This document shows, piece after piece, positions 63,764-64,000 of a DNA stretch of 64,000 nucleotides (position 1 is its first letter; each line of letters starts with the position of its first letter). The position numbers were made by a program, and so were the translations under genes. Under the pieces are notes generated by a model. The model saw only the letters and a list, made by a program, of their open reading frames with translations, was not told the DNA's origin and made no database searches. The stretch is from Octopus vulgaris (Eukaryota): the NCBI GenBank assembly GCA_951406725.2, contig OX597823.1:35526001-35590000 (forward strand). The letters run 5' to 3'.

Positions 63764-64000
63764 ATATTGATATATATGGATGTGAATGAAGGTATACTTA
63801 TACCTATTAATTTATACGTATGGTTCTAATTGAATACATAGCCTTATATGTATATAATGTAATATAGGTATTTATATAGATATTTGAGTCTACGTAAATG
63901 TATATATAGGTATAAACTAGTATGTGTGCGCTTTTGATAAGTACACTTAATTATATATGAATGATCTAGTGCATACATTGCTGAAATAATTGTTTATACT

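Overview
This is AT-rich, microsatellite-saturated animal DNA with no intact host gene. Most long ORFs in the track are microsatellite artefacts. The SINE repertoire and the (TA)n/(TATC)n/(TAA)n load suggest a coleoid cephalopod, probably Octopus (inference). The window is mostly decayed transposons: two RTE LINE fragments, four R4/Dong-type (REL) LINE pieces, a Tx1/L1-like LINE, two mariner remnants, a full-length decayed Chapaev3-like transposon with TIRs and a TTA TSD, a non-autonomous Helitron, about 20 tRNA-derived SINE copies and six Penelope-like element (PLE) remnants. The most interesting signal is a PLE and hammerhead ribozyme system. The PLE at 33961-36300 (-) carries, right after its ORF stop, a tRNA-Ser-like Pol III cassette followed by a minimal hammerhead. 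The same tRNA-head + hammerhead unit occurs alone at 61356-61674 with an identical 3' end and a 5' micro-inversion. Two more well-formed hammerheads sit at 30185 and 54313. Several fold-back inverted-repeat mini-elements lie in (TA)n tracts and look like extremely truncated PLE insertions. All coordinates and counts were read by hand and may be off by a few bases.
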